Source: the human T2T-CHM13v2.0 reference genome, Homo sapiens
DNA: 64,000 bases
Assembly: GCF_009914755.1 (NCBI RefSeq)
Contig: NC_060926.1
Reading direction: 5' to 3' (one strand)
The position numbers and the translations under genes are program-made. Below are positions 31,013 to 44,847 of the stretch, piece after piece. Position 1 is the stretch's first letter, and every line of letters begins with the position of its first letter. Below the pieces are notes generated by a model. It did not search any database, was not told the DNA's origin, and was given only the letters and a program-made list of their open reading frames with translations.

Positions 31013-31126
31013 TTGCCTGACCTGGTACCCCAGCTGGGGACACTCTACCAGTTAATGGAAAGCAGAGTCAAAACTTTTCAGAAACTTTCACACCTTCATG
31101 GAAAGCTTATTCTTCTAATTACACAA
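31013..31126 (+). CDS. WDR43: WDR43 exon 15 (114 nt; LPDLVPQLG...KLILLITQ)
   Basis: tctctag|TTG, donor CAA|gtgagt. Confidence 0.95.
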
Positions 31127-31196
31127 GTGAGTAAATCATATTGTTCTGGGCTAAAACTTTTGGACATGGTAGGAATGGAGAGAGGAATAAGGATCA

Positions 31197-32987
31197 TTTT
31201 GAGACAGGGTCTTGCTCTGTCGCTCAGGCTGCACTGCGGTAGCATGATCATAGCTCACTGCAGCCTCGCTCAAGTGCCTCCCAAGTAGCTGGGACTACAC
31301 GGATGCACCACCATGCCTGGCTAATTTTTAAATTTTCGTAGAGATGGCATTGCCTAGGCTGGTTTTGAACTCCTAGGCTCAAGGGATCCTACCACCTTGA
31401 CCTCCCAAAGTGCTGGAATTACAGGCGTGACCCACCACGCCTGGCTGAGAGCTCCCTGTTTCAGTAAGAAATTGGTAAATCAGGATCTAGTCTTTAACTT
31501 GGAAAGCTTATCAGTTTGACAGTAAGAAAGTTTAGTTGTGTCTGTTTCAACTTTTACTCAAATCTTTTTCTCACCATTGTGTTTCAGTTGTTATACAGTT
31601 AGTAAGTTATAGGATATTTATACAGTTAAAATTTTGGCACAGAAAGATATTCTAATCACCTCAGAGTTTTTCAGCTTTACAGAGTAATTCTTTCCCTCTT
31701 GTATTTGAAGGACTTTTTTGCTCTGTATTGTATGAAGGTCCTCCATTATGGTGGTGGAGGGTGAGTTAGCAGCAAGCAGTGGGGAAGGTTGGGTATGCTG
31801 GTGGTCGTGATACTTGGGATATGTTTACACTCTACTTCAGAACAGTACTTTATCTTCTTCCAGGTAACAGCATCAGAGAAGACAAAGGGAGCAACTTCCC
31901 CTGGACAGAAGGCAAAGTTGGTGTATGAAGAAGGTAAAGACTGGGGGAATGGGATGGAGTCTAGAATTATAACATTCAGTTTTCAGTGACTGAGTTCTGT
32001 TATCTTTTTGAAAACGTCAACATAAGATCTTCCTTTGGCAAGCCTTCTCTAATTAAAATAGGCAAGTCCGTGGCAAAAATCTGTAATTCATCAGATAAGA
32101 AAAGAAAAGGCACAAGTATAATACAGTGACAAAAAAGGGCATTAGTTATGGAAGATTTTTTTTTCTTTTCTTTTTTTTTTTTTTTTAAGACAGTCTCAGT
32201 CTGTTGCCTAGGTTGTAGTGCAGTGCTGTGATCACAGCTTGCTGCAGCCTCAACCTCCTGGGCTCAATGCAATCTTCCTGTCTCAGCCTCCTGAGTAGCT
32301 GGGACTACAGGCGTGCACCACCATGCCCGGCCAACTTTGGTATTTTTTTGTAAAGACAGAGTTTCACTATGTTGCCCAGGATGGTCTCAAACTCCTGGGC
32401 TCAAGTGATCCCAATGTGCTTGGATTACAGGTGTGAGCCACCATGCCTGGCCAGGTATGGAAAATATTTAAATAGAAGAACATTATATGAACAAACTTAG
32501 TGTAAATACATTTAAAAGTCTAGGTGGTATAGTTAATTTTTAAGGAAACATTAATGACCAAAATTGACTTTAAAAGAAATAAAAAGTTTGAAAAAGCCAG
32601 TAGCTCTAAAATTGACTTTATAAAACTTCTCACAAGATATGCCCAGATATTTTGAAGGTTATTTGATCAGGCCTTCAAAGAACAAATCTTTTCTTTTCTT
32701 TTTTGCACAGACTCTCTCTGTTGCTCAGGCTGGAGTGCAGTGGCTCGAGGTCAATCATAGCTCACTGCAGCCTCAAACTCTTACACTCAAGCGATCATCC
32801 TGCTTCAGCCTCTAGAGTAGCTGGGACTGTTGAGCCACCATGCCTGGCCAATTTTCTTTTTTTAAAGGTAGAGATGAGGTCTCTTTGTTGCCCAAGCTGA
32901 TCTTGTACACCGTGGCCTCAAAAACGGTCTTCTCGCGTCAGCTTCCCAAAGTGCTGGGAATAGAAGCATGACCCACAACACTGGGCT
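31197..32987 (-). mobile_element. Antisense AluJ copies (~31197-31447, ~32157-32453, ~32690-32987), interspersed around exon 16
   Basis: AluJ motifs. Confidence 0.85.
31864..31933 (+). CDS. WDR43: WDR43 exon 16 (70 nt; VTASEKTKGATSPGQKAKLVYEE)
   Basis: cttccag|GTA, donor AAG|gtaaag. Confidence 0.95.
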
Positions 32988-34269
32988 GTCCTTTTTGTCA
33001 TGTACTGGCAATTTAGTCATTTTATGAGCCAAGTATAATCTTGATAACAAAACCTGGAAATGTCAAAAAGGGAACATTTTAGATCATCCTCAAATACCCT
33101 GAGTAGCAAATTGATTATAGAAGTGTAGGGTTACAGAGTTAATGTGCAATAATAGACAGCTAGACCAATAGATTGGCAATAGCTACCCCTGAAAAACCCG
33201 TAGTTCTGTGGACTCTTGGTGTGTTTATTGATGGTGTGTATTGTATCATTGTGGAGAAGATAGCCTGCTCAGTAAGTTGTTAGAAACACTGATAATTTAT
33301 ATGGAACAAAAAATTTTACCATTATCACATCACACATCACATTCCATATTGTGAGAAATGGATAAATTTGAAAGAGTGAAAATGGTCAGGTGTTGGCCAT
33401 GATTTGGGAAATGGGAGCTCATGCTGTGGTGGGAGTACGTGTGCATTCTTTTTAGAGAGCAACTTTGTAATCTCAAAGTTGACAATTTGCATATCCTTCC
33501 ATTCATCAAGTGCAGTCCCAAAGTGATCCCAAAGTGCTTGTGTGTATCCCAGTGACCAATACTTCTCCAAGTATGAACAGAGGACCTGTGGGGATGCCCA
33601 GAACTCTTTGAGCGGCTCATGATGTCCTCCGCTTTTCAATCGGTCATCTGTGGGAGGCTAGATTTTCTTCATATAGTTCAAATAAAACAACATATCCAAA
33701 AAATAGAGTGGAGAAGCAGATATGAGAAGTTTTTAATAGTGCCATTCTACTTAGTAGAATTTGTTGTTGTTTTGGAAATTCCATTTTTCAATTTTAGTGT
33801 ATGTGCTGCCGAAGAGAGCACAGAAATACTGTTTTTCATTAAAACATGATTTGTGTTAACATGTAATGGATGGGCATTTGTAAACAGATTAAATATTCTT
33901 AAATTTAAAAATTGAATTTGAATGTGATAAATATAGATAGACTTTTCCCACATAAACAAAAACTTTTTGGAGACCTCAGTTTTTTAAGAATGTGAAAGCA
34001 TTTTAAGGCTAAAAGGCTTGACAACATAGCTTTAAAACATATATGTAGAGATTATATAAGTATGTTCATTGCAGCCTTTATAATTAAGAAAAAGACTTGT
34101 GAACAACATAATTCTTCATTAGTGGGAGCATGTTTAAAATGGTTTATTCCTTTAGCATAACACTACATTGGTGAGAGTGCCTGGAGTTGAGATCGAGTTA
34201 ACACGCATAAGTTTGATTACAAAACCAAGTCAAAAAATGATACCTTCTGTGTAGCATCGTGTAATTGTA

Positions 34270-34580
34270 TTAGTAAGCAAAATAAGGGTGGCTTGAACAT
34301 AAGCTCCGCGATACTGCAACATTCGATTTGATAACTGAGGTGGCTACTAAACGACTAACGGGTGGCTAGTGTAGACAGCGAAGCTGGACAAAGGGATGAT
34401 TTACCTCTCTGGCCAGGCGGAGCCAGATAGCACGGCACTTCATCACGCTGCACATAACAGGGCGCAATTTAAAACTTAGGGATCCTGGATTTGGTACATT
34501 TTCCATTTAATATTTTTGGACTGCAGTTGCCAGGGGAAACTGAAACTGGGGAAAAGGAACACATATTGGGGGAACTGCTG
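34270..34580 (-). mobile_element. MER44/Tigger7-like DNA transposon fragment
   Basis: Resembles the MER44 reverse complement (ctggacaaagggatgatt, gcgcaatttaaaactta, ttccatttaatattt). Confidence 0.7.
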
Positions 34581-35507
34581 CATATGTCTTTCATGAATAT
34601 GTACATGTGTAATTCATGGGTAGTATGATGTATGTGTTATAACAGCATACTGGAGAATGAGAAGCTCACAATAGTGGTTTCTTTTGGGGAATGGGCTTAG
34701 GGAGATGGGCATGTAAGGGAACTTCATCTGGAGATAATGATTTATTTTCTTAAGAAAAAGTAGATAGAAGAAGAATGTTAGAATATCTTAAAAAAATAGG
34801 AATCCCATTCTGTATTATTGGATAACATTAGCACACCTAATGAAATCAATTCCTTAGTTTTATCCAATGCCCAGTTTATCTTCATCTTTCTCCAGTTATC
34901 CATAAAATATCCTTTAAAGCTGTTTTTCCCAAACTAGACTCGAGTTTTGCATCATGGGGTTGAATCTGGCTACTGTGTTTCTGAAGACTCTTTTTAGTCT
35001 TTAAGAACTCCCTTTTTCATGACATGGACTTGGTGAAGAGACTGGGAAGTGTATTTCACAGAATGCCCCACCTTATGTTTGTGGATTTGCTTCCTTTTGG
35101 TTTCTTTTAATTTGCTCCTCTAAGCTACAGTTCCTTTAAACTGGATGTGAGGCCTAAAGGTTTGATTGGATTTTATTTTTGGAGGGTTGCATCAATGCTG
35201 ATCGTTCATATTGCAGCACACTAAGAACCACATTGTGCCTGTTATCAGTTTTTTCCTCTCCATTGTGAGATATATCTTCCTTAGTGCTTAGAAAATAATC
35301 TAGCTGTGTTAATTTTTGTTTTAACGTTTGCATGTTTTCCCCCAACAATCATACATCTAATATATCAGTTGCTAATATTTCATTATTAGTACTTTATGGG
35401 TTAAATAATGCTAATTCTTCCATTTCGTTTATAAGCCAGCTTTTCTGTGTTGAATTTTTCCTCATCCACTGGGGCTATTTGGTGGCCCTGATAGGGCTTA
35501 GTATTTA

Positions 35508-35855
<348 letters not shown>

Positions 35856-36003
35856 ATAAAATAATGTTATTTCTTAGTTGGGTGATTGCTAAATATAAAT
35901 AATATTTCTAAAAGTAAATTCAGGAATCTGGTTCTGCTTAATTTCCAGGCTGTACCCTCTGTTTTGTTCTAAAATTAAGGCTGGGTTCTTTCTCCCCTTA
36001 CAG

Positions 36004-36053
36004 AGTCTTCTGAAGAGGAGTCTGATGATGAAATAGCAGATAAGGATTCTGAA
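36004..36053 (+). CDS. WDR43: WDR43 exon 17 (50 nt; (E)SSEEESDDEIADKDSE)
   Basis: cccttacag|AG, donor GAA|gtgagt. Confidence 0.94.
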
Positions 36054-36153
36054 GTGAGTGATTTGTTCCCTGTATATACATCGGCCTTTATATCCTCATA
36101 CTCTGTAAGAATGAGACCTTCATGAATGCTTTCCTTGTTGGTATTTCGACTAG

Positions 36154-36333
36154 GATAATTGGGATGAAGATGAGGAGGAGAGTGAAAGTGAAAAAGATGA
36201 GGACGTTGAAGAGGAAGATGAGGATGCCGAAGGAAAAGATGAAGAAAATGGCGAGGACAGAGATACAGCAAGTGAAAAAGAATTAAATGGAGATTCTGAC
36301 TTAGATCCTGAAAATGAAAGTGAAGAAGAATGA
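36154..36333 (+). CDS. WDR43: WDR43 exon 18, coding part (acidic tail DNWDEDEEE...DPENESEEE*)
   Basis: cgactag|GAT; in-frame TGA at 36331-36333; D/E-rich tail. Confidence 0.95.
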   Translation, partial: DNWDEDEEESESEKDEDVEEEDEDAEGKDEENGEDRDTASEKELNGDSDLDPENESEEE

Positions 36334-36524
36334 AGACAGCAAAGCAAGCCGGTCAAACTATATAAACTCTGGCTCACCTTGCCCAGTGGTGAGGGCTGCC
36401 TCTGTGCCAGGATGCCAAGGACCGCTGCACATTTCCAAATTCACAGCAGTGGATCCCATGCCACTTTGCTGTCCTGAGCACCCCAGACTTGACTGTGTAA
36501 ATAAGAGTGTTTCATTCAAATGTT

Positions 36525-36530
36525 AATAAA
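36525..36530 (+). terminator. Proximal polyadenylation signal (AATAAA) in the WDR43 3' UTR
   Basis: AATAAA ~190 nt after the stop codon, with upstream TGTA at 36496. Confidence 0.55.
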
Positions 36531-37415
36531 CTTTACACAGTATATAGACACATTTTCTGCAATGTACTGACATCAGTGTCCAATATATGGTATATTTTTA
36601 TAATATAATATCCTAGTATGATTGGTTATATCAAGAATTGACAAGTGCAGATAAAGACCTTTCCCATAGGAGTTCAAGAACTGGACTGTTGTGAAGAAGT
36701 CAGCTCTTATCTCAGGTTGGTATCTTTCATCAAATCCAGATGCAAAGCAGCACTAGTGAAAATTTTTTTAATTTAGTACATTTAATTTGGTACATTTTCA
36801 TAAAATATGAAGGGATAACTACAAACTGGAGTAAAAATGATGGTAATTAAAAAAAATCCTCAGTATCCCTAGCTTGTCTATTAACTGTGATAATCTGACT
36901 TGAGTCAGATTGAATATTTGGAGTGCTTCCCCAGAATAACCACTTATTTTTGAAGCTATCATGTGAAGTATTTTTTTAAAACAAAACAAAAATTATGGTC
37001 ATTAAAAAACTAGAGAATTAGCCATATTAAGGATTTTTCTTGACTGCAAATTACTTCTAAAGAATCATCAGTGTATAGATTAGAAGTGCTCATTACCTGC
37101 AACTTTTAAAAAAAATTCAGTTATAGCTGCTTTTGAAGAGGTTTCCATTTTTATTTAAATTACTAATGGATCAAAGAACAATTGTTTATTTTTTCTCTTT
37201 GGTTTTAGATATTAATGATAACCTTGTTGGAATTTTTTTTCCAAAGAAAATATTTTTATAATTAAATAATTTAATGTTTTTCTTCCTTTTCATTACCTAC
37301 TCTTGGCAGTGTTAGGGTATCTGTTTACCTTTAAAATGATAAGTCTCACTCAAGATTTTTTATGTATGTATAAATATTTTGGTGTGCTACAAAAGCCTTT
37401 GCAAATTATCAGTAG

Positions 37416-37446
<31 letters not shown>

Positions 37447-37751
37447 GAATGAGCCGATATTGGCTTAGTGCTCACTAGGGGACATGCACATGGAAGCTCA
37501 CCTCTAAGAAAGGGCTGGGCAGATGGATTTATTTTTTCCCACCTGTGAATATGTAAAACAAAACCATTATCTTTGAGGGAGTTTTTAATACCAATGACAG
37601 AACAGAGATTTGTGTGCTCATCTTAAGAGCCAGAGCCATATAAGCATCTTGGGAAAGCAAGTTTGAACCAGCTGCTGGTGTAATGTACAGTTATATTTGT
37701 CTATAAATGGAGCTGTTTATGGCAATTTAATACCATTCTCTTTGTAAAGTG

Positions 37752-37757
37752 AATAAA
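37752..37757 (+). terminator. Distal polyadenylation signal (AATAAA) of WDR43
   Basis: AATAAA with several upstream TGTA elements and a downstream GU-rich tract (gtgcttgtcttgtggt). Confidence 0.75.
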
Positions 37758-38969
37758 TATTCATCTTTACCCAGTGCTTGTCTTGTGGTATATGTAGAGG
37801 AATACAGCCACATGTTTGGGCTTGTGGTGTGAAGGTTTTTAAAAAGCAGTTTTGCTCCCCTGGCGTTAAATAGGTAAATGCTTTCAAAGCTTGTGGATAA
37901 CCTAGAATTTGCAACGAAGTGAAAGAACCAAGACATTTGTGTTAGTCTAGTGTCAGCTATAGCCAGTTGATTCTTCATGCATTCCCACTTGGCTGGGTTG
38001 TGACTTCACAACCCAGGGCTGTAGTGACAGTAAAGAAAGAGGCCTGTGCTGATAATTTCAGTCCTTTACTGGTAACCAACACTTGGCTTATGAGTCCGGT
38101 TTCCCTTATACCTGACTCTGCCTAAAGAAGTAAATGATGACAACCATATGGTAATTTCTAATTATTTTTTTGGTTTAGAAAAATCTGGAGTTAAATTAGT
38201 GTTGTTACAAAAAGAATCTTCTATTTTTAGAATATTTCATTGTCTTTTTCCACTCCTAAACCAGGCAACAAAGTTTGTGTGTGTGTTTTCTTTTTTGAGA
38301 TTAATTTTTCCTCCCAAACTTTTTTTTGAAAAATTTCAGCCCTCCAATCACTGTCAAGTCAGTAATCATATATTGTAATTACTTGTCATATTGCTCTAAT
38401 AATTCAGAATAGTCACCCTCATGCTGTGTGTGTGTGGATTTTAATATTTAAATGAGTTCACATAAATTAAGTCATGTTGTAGAATGTCCTACATTGTGGA
38501 TTTGTCCAGTTGTTTCCTTATGATTAGATTCTGGTTTAAATACTTTATGGCAGCAATCCTAAAAAGGTGGTGGTATTTAAGATGAATTTTTAAAAGTGAA
38601 TTACTTAGGTATAAATGAATATGAGTATGTTTTAGTGTGAGTAGATGTCAGGGCCTCAGGTTTGGGGCTTTTGAAGCCGTAGTGCAATGGTTAATGCTTC
38701 AAGTGAGGCTCAGAAATTGGAACTTCATAATGGACACATCAGGTGCATTGATATATCTGGGGTTGTTATAATTCCATTGGAGGTTAATGCCCAACATGCT
38801 ACATTCATTGACTCAGCAAGTGCTACTTGATTGCCTACTCTGTGTCAGGGATTATTTAGTAGCTTGATACATAACCATTGAACAGCAGCAATGGAGGATA
38901 TCTGCCTTTGAGAAGCTGACATTCTACTAGGGAGATGATGGCCATAAACAATGTATGAGTGAGTAAATG

Positions 38970-39435
38970 CCAACCTTTTTGGCATCAGGGACTGGTTTGG
39001 TGGAAGACAGTTTTTCCACGGACTGGATAGGGGAGGGGATGGCTTCAGGATGATTCAAGCACATTACATGTATTGTGTACTTTATTTCTATTATTATTAT
39101 ATTATAATATATAATGAAGTAATTATACAACTCACCATAATGTGGAATCAGTGGGAGCCCTGAGCTTGTTTTCCTGCAACTGCACTTCCATCTGGGGGTG
39201 ATAGGAGACAGTGACAGATCATCAGGCATTAGATTTTCAAAAGGAGCATGCAACCTAGATCCCTCACAGTAGGGCCCTCCTATGAGAATCAAATGCCGCC
39301 GCTGATCTGACAGGAGGTGGAGCTCTGGCAGTGATGTGAGTAATGGGGAGTGGCTGTAAATACAGATGAAGATTTGCTGGCTGACGCTCCACTCACCTGT
39401 TGTGCAACCCAGCTCCTAACAGACCACGGACCTAT
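38970..39435 (+). mobile_element. MER1A-like hAT-Charlie element inserted into L2 remnants
   Basis: ccaacctttttggcatcagggactggttt...gtggaagacagtttttccacggac...cctatgagaatc..atgccgccgctgatctgacaggagg. Confidence 0.85.
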
Positions 39436-39449
39436 GTTAGAAGATGGCA

Positions 39450-40350
39450 ACCTACAGGTGGAATAGCAGATTAAGGAGGCTGGGAGTTAGGGTGGGGGAG
39501 TGCTGTTGCAGAATTAAATATGTGATCAGGATAGGGCTTATTGAGAGGGAGAGATTTGAATATAGACTGGGAAGAGGTGAGAGAGTCAGCGAAGTGGGTA
39601 TCTGGGGAAGAGACAAGAGCTTGAGTCTAAGGTCCGCATGAGCCTGGTTTATGAAAGACTGAGAGGCGGTCCATGTGGCGCATAGTGAGAAAAGGAGATT
39701 AAAGCAGAAGGTAGCGAGCAGTCAGGTTGCGTAGGGCCTTGAGGCCATTGTAAGGACATGCTGACTGACAAGAGAGTTTGAGCGGAAGAGTGACATGGTC
39801 TGCCTTCTGTGTTAAGAATTCAGTATCACCTTGGCTGTTGGGTTGAGAAAGCACTGAAGGACAGTTTCTTGTAAGGCAGAAACCAGTAGGGTGCTTTTAG
39901 AGCAATCTAGGGAAGAGGTGATGGTAACTTGGGTCAGGGTGGTATTATTGGAGTTGGAAAGAATTGGTTGGCCTCTGATATTTGGGATAGAGCTGATGGG
40001 ATTTCTTATGAGATGTGCAAGGAAGCCAGAAAGCAGATATGATTCACAGGTGCTTTTTGCTAGCACCTGGATGCTGCTGTGGGTGGAGTGGGTTTGTGAG
40101 GAGAGATCAGGAACTGAGTTCTGGACATGGTGTGTTATAGATACCTATTAGGCATGCAGGTACATACCCACGTAACTTGGGGGAGAGGTTGGGATGGAGG
40201 TGGTAATTTGGTGTTGGCATGGTTGTGACATTAAAGCTGTCTAAGACTGGGTGAGCTTCCCAAGGGCATGGTCTGAATAGAGAAAGAGCCCCCAGGCCTG
40301 GTCCTGGGCAGGAGCGGGGACCCCAGGGATCCCAAGAAAGAGTGACAATG
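39450..40350. mobile_element. L2 remnants
   Basis: L2-like motifs (gtagggccttgaggccattgtaagga, gagtgacatggtctg). Confidence 0.6.
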
Positions 40351-40397
40351 AGGTAGGAGGAACTGATATTTGTTCTATTCTCTTCAAATTTGAATTA

Positions 40398-40435
<38 letters not shown>

Positions 40436-43400
40436 TGGAGACAGGGTCTTGTTCTCACCCAGACTGGAGTGCAGTGGCATGATCATGCTTCCTAGGCTCA
40501 AGTGATCCTTCTCCCTCTCATCCTCTTGAGTAGCTGGAACTAGAGGTGCACACCAGCATGCCTGGATAATTTTGATATTTATTTTATAGAGATTGGGTTT
40601 TGCCATGTTGCTGGTCCTAAACTCCTAGGCTCAAGTGATCCTCCTGCCTTGGCCTCCCAAAGTGCTGGCTGGGCGTGGTGCTTAGGCGCAAGCCACCACG
40701 CCCGGCCAGATTTGAATTCTTGCCATTCTTTAGCTGTAGTTTCTTTCAGTTGTAATTGGTAAGATAACTGGTGAACCCATCCAGGCAGCAGTGGCTTTTC
40801 CAGTGCTCCTCCTGTGACCATTTGTGATCATGTCTTTGAAGACAACTCAGGCATAAAATTAGATTTTCTTTTAATCAAATGTAGTTAGCTTTTGACTTTT
40901 GTGGCACCTCAGCACTGTCTTTATGCTGACAAAATTGTGCGGTGGATCACAAAGCAGTGGCAGAATGAGAAGCCGTAGCAGTGTAACAGGATTAGCAGGC
41001 GTCATTCAGACTGAGGACGCCCGGTGTGGACAAAGCATGGGGTGGGTAGTGCTTCGTCTTCGCATGGTGCTGGCTGACTCTGTGTGAGGACACTGGGTTG
41101 GCTGTACCCATCCATACTATAACTTGTGTTCATATATATGTGGGTAATTTTTAATATGAAAATATTTCTGAGAAAAATAAATAGCTGGGCATGGTGGCAC
41201 ACGCCTGTTGTCCCAGAACAATTACAAGTCATTGTGTAGAAAGCAGTGCAAAATGAAGTTTGCTTGGATGTCATATGAAAAATCCAAAGGTTGAAAATTA
41301 CCACTTTAAAATGGCCTGGCATATCCTAGGTAATAATGGCTCAGAGAGAGAGGAGATACATCTTTCGGGTGCTAAAATTAGGGCCTTTAAAGGGAAATAA
41401 AAACGAGGTAATGAAGACATTTTGCCCCAGGCTTGCCCATGGCCCTGTTGTAGTTTAATTTGTTAGAGATTCCTGCCCGACCTAGAGCTGTCCAGAAAGT
41501 TCAACAGAGAGACCAGAAGCAGCACTGAAGTCGAGCGAGGACTCGGCAGCTCCCTTAGTTGGTCGTGTGTGGTCATGATGTTCCAAAGCTGGGCCAAAGC
41601 TTTGTTCTTGTCTCTAGATTTGATGCAATTTCACAGAGTCGAATTGCTAACCAGGCTTCCAAGAGAAATTGTGTTTGCATGCTGTATTTATTTGCGACAA
41701 GTAACATTCCTCTCATTGGAGCAGGATGTTCTCGTTGGGTGGTGACCCTTCTTTGTACTCAGGAGAGTTGCATAATAAACCAGTTTCATAACTGGAAGAT
41801 TGCGTTTGGACCAGAGTGTGGAACTGGGGTAAGAGAAATGAACTGGATGGCCTTCGTAGCTGGTGGTGTGGACGAAGCCTGGCCTGTCTGTACTGATGGG
41901 GTTGGAGTTCTTCGCTCTGTTGTGTGTTGTGCTAGGTCGTCTTACTGCCTGCTGACCACTCTCCTTTTGTTAACAGGAATTGTAAACAAACAGTTGACTG
42001 GCTGGAATTTGGATGTTTTGAGTCTCCTCAGGCACCCACTTAGGTTGCTGGTCAGGGTGCTTTCTCATAGTTTAGGGATAGCTTGCTGGTGAGCCTGGGT
42101 TCCCTAGGAATACGGTTATACCTAAAAAACAAACTGGATAGATTCAGCCAGACTTTGACCTTGTTAATTCATGACTCAACCTCGACAAAGGCCTCTCCCT
42201 TTTTTTTTTGTGGCAAAATATACATAACATTTACCATGTTAATCATTTTTAAGTATACAGTTCTGTCATGAAGTATAGTCACATTGTTGTGCAACTGGCA
42301 GTCTTTCATTTGGGGACTTTTGTGGTTTGATGAGGTACAAGAAATAAAAGGAGGGCAGACAGGAATGCAAGTCAGTCTGTTGTGAGAAGAGACTGCATTG
42401 GGGTCCAGAAGCTGAGTGCTAGTTCTGGGTCCACCCTACAGTGTGGCAGTTATAACTCCACTTCTTTTTTCTGGAGTGTGACAGGAGAGTAACAGCAGTG
42501 CCACCTGTCTCATGGATGCTGTAAGAACCTCACGGAGCAGCATCTGTGGGTACACGTTGAACATCAGAGTGCAGCGTCTGGCTAAGGGATTATTTTCAGA
42601 ACAGTTAATTGTTACATGATGGGGGAATAAGTTCTAACGGAAATTCTTTTTTGTCTTTGGCGTTATCAAGAAATCCAGACACAGCCTTATGGGTGGACAC
42701 AGTTCCCCTTTCCAAAGGTGAAAAAGGGAACTTAATACAATGTTTTTTTAAAATAAGATTGTAACAATCTATTGTTTTGAAAGCCAGTGACATGTTCATT
42801 GAGGAAATTTGGCAAAGAAGGAAAATAAAATCATATAACAGAGATAACTATAGTGTTTTGGTGTATCTCCTTTTAATTTTTCTGTCTGCATGAATACACA
42901 TGCTTTTCTTAGGAAACTGGCATCTACATATTCATTTTATCATCTTTCACACAATATCATTGTCAATTATCCTTTGAAATCATGTTTGTGGTTCTCACTA
43001 TTCCACCCATGTTGTACTTTCACTGTTCTCATGTTTTAATTTGTTGTAGATTGTAATGCTAGAGGGAACATTCTCAGACACATTTTGTATTTTTCTTAAA
43101 ATGTATCCTTATGAGATATTTCTACTTACTGAGAAAAATGACATACATACTCCCTTAAGACTTAAGAAATATACCAAAATTTCCAGAAAGGTTCCATCAA
43201 TTTTAGGCTCCATAAGCAGTGTTTTTATTTCCATTTCATCATGACTCAGTTTAACTACTTTTGTAATGCTCATTGCCATTTGTATTTCTTTATTGTGGGT
43301 TTAGATCCTTGTCCATGCTTAAAAAAAGTCTTTTTATAAAAGAGAATCATTCCTTTCCAAACATGTGCCGCAAATATTTTCCACGGTTTGCCTTTTCATT

Positions 43401-44357
43401 TTTTGACACAGAGTCTCATTCTGTCACCCAGGCTGGAGTGTAGTGGCGTGATCTCGGCTCACTGCAGCCTCCGCCTCCCGAATTGCAAGCAATTCTCCTG
43501 CCTCAGTTTCCCGAGTAGCTGGGATTATAGTTGTGTGCCACCATGCCTGGCTAATTTTTGTATTTTTAGTAGAGATGGGTTTTCACCATATTGGTCAGGC
43601 TGGTCTTGAACTCCTGACCTCAAGTGATCTGCCTGCCTCAGCCTCCCAAAGTGCTGGGATTACATGTGTGAGCCACTGCACTGGCCAATACTATTTTTCT
43701 TTAAACTGTATTTTTAAGCTTAAAAAAAGTTCCTTTTCTGAAACTAGGCAGGTATTTCTTGCATTTTGTTCTCGTCTCTCTCGTTGTCTCTGTGTGTGTG
43801 TGTTTATATTTTTTACACTTTAGTAAATTGTGACTTTTCAGTGCATTATGAAATAATTAAAGTGGGTTGCAGCCACCACTTTTTAAAGAAGAAAATGTAA
43901 TTAAAGTAGAACATACCAGTGCATTGCACATACTTAAAGTAACTTGTTTTAGGGGGCACACAACTAAAATGTGTTCTCATGCTGAAGCAGTTGAAGGCTG
44001 CCTCTCTGATCTATACGGAGTTCTTTGTGGTGTGTCTTGTGAGATGAGGCTCTCACTTGGGATTCCCACACACACAGCCCGTTTTCTGCACACTGTGGAT
44101 TATTCTTTCCATCCTATACACTCGTGCTTGCTTTATTACGGTAGGATCCTAGTCTTTCAGCACTATCCATTCTATGCCATTGCTGTCTCTCGACAGTACA
44201 TTATTTTTTAACTTCGGGGGCTTTTAGAATTCATTTTTATTGTTGTTGTCTTTATACCTCTTTGAAATATTTTCCTAAATATCTTTTGCCTTTTCATTCT
44301 CCCACTTTGCTAAGTAAAGATTAGTTGGTTGTAAGAAACAAAAATTGGGGCAGTTGA

Positions 44358-44847
<490 letters not shown>

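Noticed and set aside
34270-34580. CpG-rich, foreign-looking stretch in intron 16
   Set aside because: Explained as a MER44/Tigger7-like relic, not an exogenous insert or CpG island.
41559-42092. 177-aa non-Alu ORF
   Set aside because: Non-ATG start, no recognisable domain, and composition typical of random non-coding sequence.
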